A DNA stretch of 62,816 nucleotides, filler included, from Lenisia limosa (Eukaryota; Protista; Breviatea), in NCBI GenBank assembly GCA_001655205.1. It is 14 parts of 14 records of this genome, joined end to end, with 100 filler letters (N's around TTAATTAATTAA, not from the genome) between each part and the next. Parts side by side here need not be neighbours in the genome. Positions count along the whole stretch, not along the records: positions 50,162 to 62,816 come from LPNZ01008706.1; 13 more parts are not named here. The stretch is one strand, 5' to 3'. Position numbers and translations under genes: made by a program. The notes under the pieces are model-generated. The model was not told the origin of the DNA and did not search any database. It saw nothing but the letters and a program-made list of their open reading frames with translations. How positions within the stretch are numbered: position 1 is the stretch's first letter; the number at the start of each line of letters is the position of its first letter. This document shows, piece by piece, positions 50,162-62,100 of the stretch.

Positions 50162-52791
50162 GTACTTCCGGACTCTCCCCAGCATACATAAATTCCAAGA
50201 ACCCAAAAGACGACGCCATTACTGTTGACACCCACGCGGCCGCCCTTTCTCTTTTTGTCACACACCAAATGGCATGGGAAGAACCGACAAGAGTAGCCTT
50301 AGATGTTAAAGGGAAAACTAAGCTCTACTCAAGTTCCAAAAAAGAGAACAATCGACATCTTGATATTGTACTTGAATAATAATCAAAAAGCAGTTCTCTT
50401 TTCCATTGTATACTTATCCTTGACCTACTGAGGNNNNNNNNNNNNNNNNNNNNNNNNNNNNNNNNNNNNNNNNNNNNNNNNNNNNNNNNNNNNNNNNNNN
50501 NNNNNNNNNNNNNNNNNNNNNNNNNNNNNNNNNNNNNNNNNNNNNNNNNNNNNNNNNNNNNNNNNNNNNNNNNNNNNNNNNNNNNNNNNNNNNNNTAGAA
50601 GGTAGAGAAGCTCAATGATCTTCTTGGAGTGATTGGCTCCGATAGACTAAGGCATGATGAGATAAGTCAAGTCACCTATACACGAAGGCATGAGATAGGT
50701 CATGCATGTCAACAGTGATCGTCAAAATGTTTCATGTTGAAGGGTTGTTTCCTCCCAAAATGGATGGTCCTGTCTTTGATATAAAGGGCTTCACTTTCGT
50801 TTGAAAAAAGACGGAATTTCTCGATAAATCCTAGAAAACTATCGATGTTTTAACGGTCTTTTTCGAACCAACGTGAAGCCCTAATGATGTATCATATCAT
50901 ATGATATAGTATGTATATTACATCCAAGTATTTTAATGATTGTATTATGCTAACGATGTTAAGATTGGGTTCAGATATATTTTAAGAATTTTGCCACACT
51001 ATGGGGTAAGAGCAAGATTATATATTACATATTTCACCGATTTCCAAAATATATATTTATTTATAATTAGATATATATCATATACTATATATGCATATAA
51101 TATTAGAACAACAAGCGAGAATAGCCTTCAATCCCAGTTTACCTGGATTTCATTTTCACAGAGTTTACGCCACTTTGAGTTCCAATGGATTGGGCGAAGA
51201 GGGGTGGGAATGAAGTCACTAAACCAGGTGAAACGGACCAATAAAATACTTCCCGCATGTTTCTTAGATGTTTAGCTGACCGAGTTGATTTTTGAGTGTA
51301 TTTTATCAATAAATTCCATCTCTCCCCAAACATATTAAAATCTTGAAGGCCACCCTTGCTGGCTTGATGCATCATTCGAAGAGCAGCAAGATGGATGGCC
51401 GTTTTTTCGTCCAAAGGAATGCGCAGTCTATCGGAGTTAGCTGCTTACAACTGGTACCGATGCCAGATAAACATCGAGCTGGTCTTTTTCGTTCCTACGG
51501 CATCTCTTACAACATCCACTCCAAATTCCCTTCTTGAAAGAAAGTCTGGAAACTATCTCAGAGTTTCCTATCTCACCCCTTATTAGAGTTTCCTATTGGT
51601 CCAAAACAATGGAATATACCGTGACTGGGATAAGTCTTGACCGATTTGCTAAATGAATTATCAAGGAAAATCGGTCAAGACTATCCCGGTCAGTGTATAT
51701 CATATCAGATATTTTATCGAAACAGCTTTTGAAAGGGTATCTACAATGCGCGACCCCCCCCCCCCAAACNNNNNNNNNNNNNNNNNNNNNNNNNNNNNNN
51801 NNNNNNNNNNNNNNNNNNNNNNNNNNNCCCAGGCTCTTTGGTCTAAAAGGTCAGTCGCTACGCAAAAATAAAGTATGTCAGAAGGAATATAATTGATTTT
51901 AACATCAAAATCGCTCCCCACATACTTTTGATTCGATCTGGAAGTCTAATTGCTGGTGTGTTCGAAGCATCACTCGGCACTGTGCGGTCAAGGTCAAGAG
52001 AGTTTAAACACGAATAAAATCTTCGTCTCCTTTCATAATAATTCCACTGGAGAAGAACGTATCTTCGCCTCCTTTCATAATAATTCTTCTGGAGAAGAAC
52101 GTATCACAAATTCATCGGCTGCATCAAAGTAATCCTGTTTTTAATATCCTTCACAAATGATGACTCCACCCCATGGTGATAATGACATGTAAACGCACAA
52201 CTTGCACTCACCTGAGGCAATTCAAGTGGGGTCTTCTTCATGAAAAAGCCTGGAATTCATTAAGGGGTAAAGATATCCACCAAATCATTAAAAATAACAA
52301 TACTACCATCCCCCCCCCCCCCTNNNNNNNNNNNNNNNNNNNNNNNNNNNNNNNNNNNNNNNNNNNNNNNNNNNNNNNNNNNNNNNNNNNNNNNNNNNNN
52401 NNNNNNNNNNNNNNNNNNNNNNNNNNNNNNNAAATAGAGTTGTAGTGAACAACAAAGCCATCAATCAGGGACTGCGGACTTGGTTTTTCAGTGACAGGAA
52501 CCCACAATGGATACAACTCATACAGTTCTAAGGGGTAAGAACTCTCTGTTTGCCAATCCAGTACCTTTGCCATAGCTGATAGCAAATAATTGAAAGAGAG
52601 AAGGGGTCGCGATGCAACAATGTTTACAGACAGCTTCCCTGTGGGATAAGAGTTAATGTTAATTTAGAGCTTACAGAAGGTCCTTGCACTTGGTTGTAGG
52701 AGTAAGGTTGAAAGAAAAGGGCTCAAACCCAGGGGTCTCGATCTAGGGATGATTACCCAGAAAATACATATGATAGGCTTACTTGGACCAT
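50162..52791 (-). CDS. FERM-domain (band 4.1) protein, 3' end in gap
   Basis: MVQ|IETPGFEPFSFNLTPTTKCKDLL|EAVCKHCCIATPSLFQLFAISY (F1-like); IPLDEKTAIHLAALRM and DFIPTPLRPIHWNSKWRKLCENEIQ (F2-like); GRVGVNSNGVVFWV (F3-like). Starts at the N-terminus. Confidence 0.65.
51614..51700. mobile_element. MITE family E (~85 bp, ~33-bp TIRs)
   Basis: ATATACCGTGACTGGGATAAGTCTTGACCGATTT ... AAATCGGTCAAGACTATCCCGGTCAGTGTATAT. Degenerate copies at 8141-8212 and ~48905-48976. Confidence 0.75.
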
Positions 52792-53160
52792 ATTTTACTT
52801 TCTGTAGCGCTATAGCGCCAATGAAAAACGAATTAATCCAGATGAAATTTTGACAATATCTTAAACTCTTTCGTAGTCTGGTTTATAGTATTTCAACAAT
52901 AATAACAATGATTTAATGGTACTAAAACTTGAGAAAATGAACTTTAATATTTCGACTTTTATAGTTAATTTATCTGGGAGTGCAAACTAACACTGAATCA
53001 AAAAGTTGGCTTTTTGCTTTTCTGGCTTAAGCAAGAAAGACCTTTTTCCTTGATAATGAATGAGAAATATTCATTAAACTTGTGTCTTAAAGGGTTTTGA
53101 ATATTAACTTTTACAGCTGATGTTGATCATTATGAGCGTTACTAACCGTTGCTATTGAGA

Positions 53161-56100
53161 ATGGAACAGGCCCCTCTACCTGAGGGCTGGATAGAGGCCA
53201 TTTCTGATGGAAATGTATGAGCGAGCCGTGTTTATCTTTTGGCGTATTTTTCATGACCTTCTGTTGATTTAAACCTTCGTATTCGTTTGCTATTGTACCG
53301 CCTTTATGTACTGTGCTATCGATATCTGCTGTTTTTTTGCTGCTCTGACTATGGTAGTCATGATAACATCCCGTTTGCACTTTGTCACCAATCTTTAGAT
53401 TTATTTCTGCAACCCTACCACCGGAGAATCCTCGTACACACGACCTGGCCCTCCAGAAGCGCACCTTGTTAATGATGTTNNNNNNNNNNNNNNNNNNNNN
53501 NNNNNNNNNNNNNNNNNNNNNNNNNNNNNNNNNNNNNNNNNNNNNNNNNNNNNNNNNNNNNNNNNNNNNNNNNNNNNNNNNNNNNNNNNNNNNNNNNNNN
53601 NNNNNNNNNTTCAAACTAGGAAATTAAAATTAAAATGTAGTTAGTTTTTGTTGAATTCGTGTAACCGTTTCAACTGGTTCCTTTGCAAACGCCATTTTCC
53701 CTCCTTTTAAATGATGTATTATTTTGAGGCTCACTTTAACATGTTCAAATGACAATCACTTGAGTTTATTTTCTTCACCAATACCACCTGTCATCGTTTT
53801 CCGTCTCTATTGTATTGGTATACCCCGCACATCACATCTCTTTTAGCGTTAACAGCTTTTCAAAAACAATCGAGATTACGTAATATAATATGATATATTT
53901 CCCCCCTCCCCCCACTCCCAATTTAACTCGCTTTCAGCTCTCATTACCGGCGGGATGGGTGGCAGCGCAGTCGGCTGAGGGGTTTGGGGGATGAGATCGA
54001 AAAAATGATGGGAATTGGATATGTGTTTTGTTGAACTTCTTATCATGTACACCTTTTATCACAAATAGATGTTCTAAATTCTTGGTTTACCTCACTATTT
54101 AGTGCAATCTATTACATCAATGAAGAAACCCAGGAAACGACTTACACTCACCCTTCACAGCCGCAAGATATCGGGTCAGCTGTGGTCTTTGTCACATTGT
54201 GATTAAGGATTGATAACTTTTTTACTTTCTGTGCACTAGATTAATTTTACATAATAAGTTGAACTATCAAATACCAGTTACTTTTCTTATTTTGCTACAT
54301 AACTATAGAATATACTGACGTATCATGTATCTGCGTATTATATTCTCCTACAAATGATAAACCTGAGCATATTGGGTAAGTGGTTCACATTTTTAGATAT
54401 GGAACTCCCAGCACTACAACAACAGATGGCTATTCAAATGTGGGGCACCGATAGAAATAGCTTCCTACAGATTCCCGTCTCAACCCCAATGGTCCTCCTA
54501 TTCATTTTCCTTCATTTTGTTATTTGTTGTCAAACCTTCTTCTGTATCTCAAATAGTTAGCTCTCCAGTTGAGTTGATTTTTGGGGTTTTGTTTGGACAC
54601 GTTCCACCCCGAATGAGTGGAAGGTGCTTGATGCGTTTTCTCATTTCACACATTGATTTTCTCAATCGTTTACAGAATTTAGTTGATTTTTGTGTTGTCC
54701 TCTTTTCCATCCCCTTTGATCTTTGATCATTTCAGGCGTCGATGCTCTTCAATGTCCCTGCTGATACCCAGTATGAATCGTCGTATAACTTGGACCCGTA
54801 TTCCTCCACGGCTTCCCTGGCGAACGCCAATATGTTCAGTAGTGTTCCATCACTAGCTAATTCCCAAGCGTCATCTTTTGCTTATGATGGTATTCTGGGG
54901 AGGCACTCAGAAAGCTGTGTACACAGAGTTGTAAGGCAAATAATTGGGATAGTTAATATGATACTACAATCCAATATTTCTTATAAGCGTGATGGTGTGG
55001 ACAGCTTCGGCCAGATACAACCTTGTTTTGTTTTATTTTATTTTTCATTGCTATATTATATCATATGATGGCTTGGACCGTGTTGTCTGTTAAGTGAGAA
55101 GCTGAGAGCGGAGGGCTCGAATCATCCAAAAAACACTGATACTATTTACTTATTATACAACCCAAATTTTTTCTCAATAATATGGTCATGGCTTAGGGTG
55201 GAAGTACACCTGAATACCACACACCATTTGCATTTATTGGTTTAAACATTGGAGGAGGAGGAGAGGATCTATGACGTTATGCACCTTTTGGGTGTTTGAC
55301 TTGCCCAGGACTTGACCAATTGATGTATGCTCCTTATGACTCCAATGTCACTTTGCCAGAACCTGCTTCAAATGCAACAACCCCCCAGGTTCGGCTAATC
55401 TGGTCTTGATATGAGTATTCGCGTTGTGAGTCCTAAGCTGAATTTCCTTCTCTTCTTTACATCTTTTTGGTATTGGTCACCCCTCATCCCCCCACCCAGA
55501 TTTTTCCTGGATTTGTTTTGTTGTTCTCAACCCTCGTGTGTTGCCAGCCAACAGAAAAAAAATCACCCTCGTCCAGACGTCCTCGCCTCGAATACAGAGT
55601 CTTGTAGACTTGGTGACATCAGCAGCCGACATCCCCTACCCCGTGGATACGCCCATGATCAACAGACAAGAGCCTTCAGGTGGGACAAGGGTCTCTTCAG
55701 CCGGCTAAGATGGGTTAATATTGATATGTACTGGTAAAATATCACGATTTTAAAAAAATCTATCTTTGATATAATCTAGCTATAATCTTTATTTTTTGTT
55801 TAACATAAGCATTTGCACAGGAGACCATAATTCTGATAATTATTTCGGTTAGATTTTTGCTGAATGGATATTTCACAATGTAGAGCATAAGGTGGAGTCA
55901 GAGGTGATAGCCCATGTTCAAGAGGCAGACGCAGACAGAGTAGGCATCGAATTAACTCTTGCACATTTGGACTTGTAGATCTGCCTCCCTATTCTCAAAT
56001 CCTTCCAGGAAAACATGCATGTTGAAATTGACTTAATCCGTGCTGAGTTACTGAAGCTGAAAACAAAACAAGACGAACAAGATTCGGTGAGATAGCCGAA

Positions 56101-59100
56101 ATGCCCTGATTGGATTTCACTGCATTTGACACCAGATGATGAGCTTGAGTTTACACCCATTAGGCTGCAGCAGTTGCTTCCCGTCCGACGAGCCCCCATG
56201 CTCAGCAACCCACACTCTCAAGGTGGGATACTATTCGCTCCACCCACAAAAGTTCAAATTCCGGATAAACACATGATATATTGTGATATTTCTCCTGTGT
56301 TTCCATCTCTCCCTACCATCCTGACAATTTAGCCGCTCTTATGAGACAACCTCTTCCATCTCCCCTGAGCTATTCCCCCGCGAATTCTCAGAGAAGAAGC
56401 CTGAAACGCCTCCCATTGTACCCACACTGGACCTGCCAGCTGCCTTGCAAACCACCGTCCGGCACAATGTCCAAGAAAAACGCCCGGAGAAAGCGATTGA
56501 GTCCTCTGAGCGTTTTAAGACGGAATCGAGCCGAATTCGCGAGGTCGAGAGGCTCACAGCGCTGCGGCTGGAGGATGAAATGAAGAAGGCCGAAGAGAAG
56601 ATTCGAGAACGAATTTCGAAGGATTTTGAGAAGCAGTCGGAGCTGGATCGGCTGGCACGTGACCAGAATGAGCAGAGCCTTGAAGAGGAACGCAAACGAC
56701 GCGAAGAAGACGCCCACGAATGGCGTCGACGCAACGAGGAGTCTGAGGTAGAGCTACGCGAGTTCAGAGAGAGGGCTGAAATGGAGAGGCTGCGAATTGA
56801 GAAGGAGAGAGCAGTGGCACTGGAGGAGAAGGAACGAAACGCCAAAGAGGCTCGGAAACGAGAAGCTGAGGACAAGGCGTTGTTCGAACGGACGAAACTG
56901 GAAATTGAAGAGATCAAAAAGAGGGCTGAGGAGGAAAGGGAGCAACGTAGGAAAGTGGAGGATGAGAAGAATGCAATTGAAGAAGAAAAGAAGAGGATTG
57001 AGGAAGAGAAGAGACGTGTTGAGCAGGAAAAGAAGGAAGAAGAAGAGAGGCGGTTGTCTCTTGAGGCTGATTTGAGGAAGTCCCAATTGGACGATAATGA
57101 CACCAAGAACCAGCTTCAACGATCTGTCATCGATTTGAAGGAACAGGTTGGTGGGTGCAATTCATACACTTTTGATCAAATGCATACATCATATATTATG
57201 AGATACGAAGGCTTCGACCTTGGCAGTTGAGGAACTTACTATTATTTAAGTGATATATCATAACATGATTTGCTCTTCACTGCAGCACTGAAAGTTGATC
57301 ACACAATGGGTTCATTATTTAGCTGAATAACGAACGAAACGATCACCAGTTGGAGGCTTCAAAATTGGACAAGTCCCTCTCTGTCCATGTGGAGGCTGAG
57401 AGGAAGTTTCAGGTAGGACCTTTTGCAGATACATGGGTCTTAAACTTAAACATTCTCTTTTGATGAGCCCAATCTCAGTCATATATCAATGAACAGTATA
57501 TACTATTGCCCTATTACTACTCTTGCTCTCTTGCATTCACTCTCTCAGGCTGAAATTGAAGCACTTCGTCTCGAATTGCAGAATGCGAAGCAAGAAAGCC
57601 AGGAGCATGCTGACCGAGAGGAAACCATTGCTGCTGAAGTAAGCGTTTCACACTATCAGCGTTGCTTAATGGACAGTTTTCACACTTTAGGCACAGGAAG
57701 AAGCGGACCGAATTAAATCCGAATACGCAAATGAACTGAACTCCATCCGAGCCGATTTGCGCCACGGCAATGACGTGGCTACTTCTGCGCAGTCCGCTCT
57801 GACTAAGGCCTTAACTGACCTTGAGGCAGAAAAACAACAAAAACGCGAACTTGAGTCTTCTGTTTTAGCCCGTACGAAGGAGGCTGAAGAGGCCTTGAGC
57901 CAGTTTAGTTCATTTGAGGAAGTTAAAAACCGTGAATTGGCACGGCTAGAGGACGAACTCCTCCGAACCAGGTCCCAAGGGTCGCGAGATGACCCCGAAA
58001 TCACCCGACAGCTGGAAGTGGCTGAAACCGAAAGGAGTATTTTGCAGTCTTCACTGAGCAAGAAGTCGGAAGAGTCGGAACGATTCCGAGCCGAAGCCGA
58101 TCGAGTCAAGCGTCTTGCCGACAAGGAGTCCGCGGCACGGGTCAAGGCGGAACGGGAAGCGGAAGAGCTAAAGGCCTTATTGAAAGTACTAATGGTTTCA
58201 ATATTGTCTATTATTCTTCACTGTACTTCTAAGGCATGGTTTTTGCATATCGAATCACCCACCCTACGCCTTGGCCAATTTTACCACACAGGAGGCGGAA
58301 CATGATCCCCAGCATCTCGACTGGAAACAAAGCCTCCCGCAGCCAATCATGGTAGGTTACGTCTTTCTTTCTCTTCCATAAAATTGGCCAATCGTGGTAG
58401 GTTACGTCTTTCATTCCCTTTCATGAGATTGGCATCGTGGTAGGTTATGTCTTTCATTCCCTTCGTCTTTCATTCCCTTCCATGAGATTGGCCAATCGTG
58501 GTAGGTTATGTCTTTCATTCCCTCCCCTGAGATTGGCCAAGCATGGTATGTCTTTCATTCCCTCCCCTGAGATTGGCTTGTCGGTAGTCAATGCTCAGCC
58601 GTTTTTGTTTTTGTTTTTGTTTTGTTGATGGGATGCGATTCTGCAGAAGTGACTGGTCTGGGCTTTGTTTGTTTTGTTGTTACCAACCCTCGTGTGTTGT
58701 GCCAACAGATTTGATTTGGGTTTTTTTTTTGTTTCATAAATTAACCAATTTTACCCCCCCGCAGACAAGAGGTTCGTCACCCTACTCCGAAGATAGCTTC
58801 ATTCTTCAAAGCGCTGACCCCGAGGTACAGAATTGCCTGGTTTATATTGGGATATATATGTTTTTGTTGTATTTTTTTTTTGAAAATGTTGATTAAGAAT
58901 ACAAGCCGTTCACACCCCATTGTCTCGAAGGGTTTTGTGACGGTTTAGATCTTAACCGCGCGAGATGTCTACTACAACTCACTGGAAGACTTTTCCTCCG
59001 CCACCGTGGACGTGACACAGTGGGGGGTTGGCGTCTCTTGAAAAGCAGGGGGATAGAAGTTTATTGGGCGGGATAGAAGTTTATTGGATGAGGGGTATCC

Positions 59101-62100
59101 ACCTGAGCTTATACCGCACGTTGACCCTTTAGACTCTCCACCCAAGCAAGTGAGGCCTTATTAGTCGCCACGCAGGCGCCAGATCTCGCGCAAAACGTGC
59201 ATGAATTGGCGTGTGCAGTTGAGCGTGCTCGTGAACGGAACAGTCGTCGTGCTATTCTCAAGGTAGGCAATAAGGATATTGTCATCAAATTTCAATAACA
59301 TTTATGTATTTCCTCTCAAGATAACAGCACTTATTGATGTCAATTATTTTCATTCATTGTACTTATTACTCCACTGTAGAATTTAATTTACTGTATAGTC
59401 CACACTAGTGTCACTTGATGGAATGGAAGGTATTGTGGATCCCAAAGATCTCAAAAATCGGCGACAGATCACTCTTCAGAGTCTCCAAGTAAGCATCTTT
59501 GCATATGCTATATTGGTTCCAAACAAGACTGAATTTTCGATAAATTCTCAATAAATATAGATATTTTACCGATATTTTTGGAACTGAATATGAAGCTCTC
59601 TTATGGGTTCTTTTTAATCCGTTTATATCGTGGTATGGCCAAAGTTGACCTTTCCAGGAGCTAGATGATGAAGAAAGCTGCAGCGACTTCGACTCCCTCG
59701 AAGCTGAACTACAGAAGGCTCAAAACACAGCGTCGAATGCCCGGCTGGCTCTAGTGGTGGGGTGGAGGTGCATGAAGATTTCAAATCGACTTTTCTGTCT
59801 CGGAGTCGTGATAATAATAATAACCAAAACTACAACGTTTTTATATGCCTGGGTAGGGCTTCTCATCTGACTTCCACTTCTAGGATTTGGAACCTTACGC
59901 CAACGCGGTGACTTCGGCTAGGTTTGTTAATTATTCTTTACTTCAATACACTACACTCAGTTTTCAGGTAAAATTGATGATATTTTGTAACATGATATTT
60001 ATCTTCATCATCCATCCCGCAAAATGGAATTGGTGCATGGAACTTATTTACGAATTCTCCCAAATAGATACCCCTCCCCCTCTCCAAAAACCGTGATAAG
60101 ACCCATCATCCCCCTTAGACATATCACATGTTTATTGTGTATATTGCTGGGGAGGCACGCGGAAAGCTGTGCACAGAGTTGTCAGGCAAATGATTGGGTG
60201 AATTAATATTATACTATAATCCAATATCTCTTATAAGCGTGATTGTGTGGACGGCTTCGGCCAGATACATCCTTATTATATATTTCTCATTGCTAATATA
60301 TATTTACTTACCTATCAGGTCTCGAGAACAACAACTCAAGGATAGTGTCAATGATGCTCGGAGCAGTCTTGGGGCAATTGTGGGGAGGCGGCTTGGCTTG
60401 TCTTTCTTATTGAATGGGATTTGCTCTTTCACGGAATGTTTTTTACGTAGTAGGCCCGACAGCACAGAAGGGGCAAGGAAGTTCCAGGTCCTGAGAGTAC
60501 CAACCATAACACAGGCAACTATCCGCATTCGGATTCTCTCTTGGATCAGAGGGCTGAGACTAAAGAACAGACGGAACCTGACATGACAAGGCCAAGTGTG
60601 GACAGGCATAATGTGAAGGTATGTGTTTTTCTGGTTTAGTTTGTACTGTTGTGTTTGAGAGCAAGATATTATTGTCAAAAATACGCTAAACATAAACACA
60701 ACTTCTTTTTACCACCTTTAGGCTGAGTCCAATCTGAAGATGTCGGTTCTTGAAAGGCAATTGCAAGAAATGAGCGTATGTCACCATTGCATTATCGCAT
60801 AGAGGATGATGAAGGAGCATGAAAACCATTCTTATTTTGCTGCTTTTCATAATCATACATATGATATGTAAGATAGTGTAACAGTACCCCCCCCCCCCAT
60901 TTTTATCCATCGTTTTTTGATGAATTAGGACGCAATCAGAGTCCTCGTGGACACTAGCTCCAACAAGTATGATTGGGTGGTTTCTGATAAGCCTTTTCAG
61001 ATTGTGATGCGATAACGCTTCAGAGACGCGCAGCAAGCAGATCACGTGACCACAGCTGAAGGTCAAGAAAAAGACAAGGGTGAAAGTGGGGGGGGGAGGT
61101 ACTTTCTTCTTCCTTCTCTGAAGTAATGACTCCCTCTTCTCATCCTTCTTCTCATCCCTCTTCTCATCCTTCTTCTCATCCCTCTTCTCATCCCTCTTCT
61201 CATCCCTCTTCTCATCCCTCTTCTCATCTTCTCATCCCTCTTCTCATCATCCCTCTTCTTATCCCTCTTCTCATCCCTCTTCTCGTTTGACCATTTAAGG
61301 TGTGACCGAAGTGTACAAACTCGTGAATAAGAGGCTGCAAGAGCAACAGGACAGAACAGAGCAAGATGTAGCCCTGAAACTTTCGCTTTTTGAATCGAAG
61401 CTTGTAAGAGGATATTACACTCACGAGGTTTGAAGAGTAGTCCTTCAAAACTGAACCCATATTCCCCCCACTATTGATTTAATAGTATGTGTCTTATACC
61501 GTTATCCGGTAGATTTGGATTAATCCGTCAGGTGGACAAGGCGGAAGTTGTGACCCAAGCAGATTTCTCAGAACAGGTTAATCTCAACAGAAAGGAATTG
61601 GTACGAGTGCAGAAGAGCGATATTGATGTATTGACGTAAATCATTTCTTCACAATTTAGGCTGGCATGAAGGAGGCGTTTCAAGCCTCACAACACACCAT
61701 CAACGATCTTAAGATCCAAATGGAGCGGTCTCGAGCCAACGATGACAGTTCCTGGGCCCTGGCAAGGGAAATGACCGAGAAGCTGCGATTTGTTGAGGAT
61801 CAAGTGGAACGATTGTCACGAGGGGTCAAGAAGCTGAAGACATCTGAGTCAAGGTGGGTTGAGCTTCAGTGTGCCTCAGGCCTATTTCGGTATCAGCAAT
61901 AATGATTGGGTCCAAAACCTGTGGTCTTATCGAATCAAAAAGAATCCACTCTTTTCATGACCCAATGAAGCCTTCTCCCTTATTTAATGTCACTATAAAG
62001 GCCAAAGGAAACACCCATCACTACGTCCGTCCAAGACACAATGCTGAAACTGATCGCTGACGTCAAGGTATGCACACAAATACTCATTCTTTATGTTACA

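Larger units (their letters stand above)
3780..58764. mobile_element. Dispersed intronic repeat family C (~100-135 bp) at intron 3' ends
   Basis: Consensus CTGCAGAAGTG.CTGG.CTGGGCTTTGTTTGTTTTGTTGTTATCAACCCTTGTGTGTTGTCAGCCAACAGAGTTGATTTGGGTTTTTTTTTGTTTCATAAATTTT(..)ACCCCCCC(C/G)CAG. Copies: 3780-3830(+), 14194-14320(-), 19200-19260(+), 24785-24884(+), 25420-25452(+), 36761-36806(-), 36907-37020(+), 38555-38610(-), 44700-44765(-), 45715-45790(-), 55505-55576(+), 58627-58764(+). Confidence 0.85.
1649..59600. mobile_element. MITE family B (~95-100 bp palindromic; ~15 copies; two TIR subtypes)
   Basis: TIRs TAGGGCTTCACTTCGGTTCGAAAA...TTTTCGAACCGAAGTGAAGCCCTA (B1) or TAGGGCTTCCCTACGGTCC... (B2) around a TCGATAAATCCTCGAAAACTATCGAT core, with TA at the termini. 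Copies: 1649-1751, 9407-9506, 16107-16186, 21291-21388, 35915-35972, 37377-37464, 37540-37612, 38755-38851, 42399-42489, 44255-44353, 48678-48763, 49411-49509, 49546-49644, 50783-50883, 59513-59600. Confidence 0.9.
154..60318. mobile_element. Dispersed intronic repeat family A (~150-170 bp; roughly 25 copies/fragments)
   Basis: Consensus GTATGCTGGGGAGGCACGCAGAAAGCTGTGTGCACAGAGTTGTAAGGCAAATGATTGGGTGAATTAATATTATACTATAATCCAATATCTCTTATAAGCGTGATTGTGTGGACGGCTTCGGCCAGATACAACCTTGTTTTATTTCTCAT. Near-full copies: 9097-9250(+), 11493-11636(-), 12105-12225(-), 14865-14970(+), 54890-55055(+), 60139-60290(+). Fragments near 154, 2390, 3585, 10381, 10870, 11210, 12275, 17190, 17753, 18335, 19505, 20790, 21730, 35385, 44030, 44400, 44990, 48200, 50175. 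Confidence 0.9.

Noticed and set aside
4970-53010. AAAGTTGGC as a shared promoter motif (near 4970 and 53003)
   Set aside because: Only two promoter-proximal instances plus one intronic copy (~24200); not distinguishable from chance.
53111-53614. 167-aa minus-strand ORF
   Set aside because: Spans an N-run and overlaps the plus-strand WW exons; shadow frame.
56339-57106. 255-aa minus-strand ORF (Ser/Phe/Leu-rich) and neighbours 56388-56717, 56754-57119, 57687-58145
   Set aside because: Antisense shadows of the E/K/R-rich coiled-coil exons on the plus strand.
58338-58575. Minisatellites (also 2829-2963, 48108-48199, 52020-52104) as CRISPR-like arrays
   Set aside because: Head-to-tail tandem units without unique spacers, in introns of a eukaryote.
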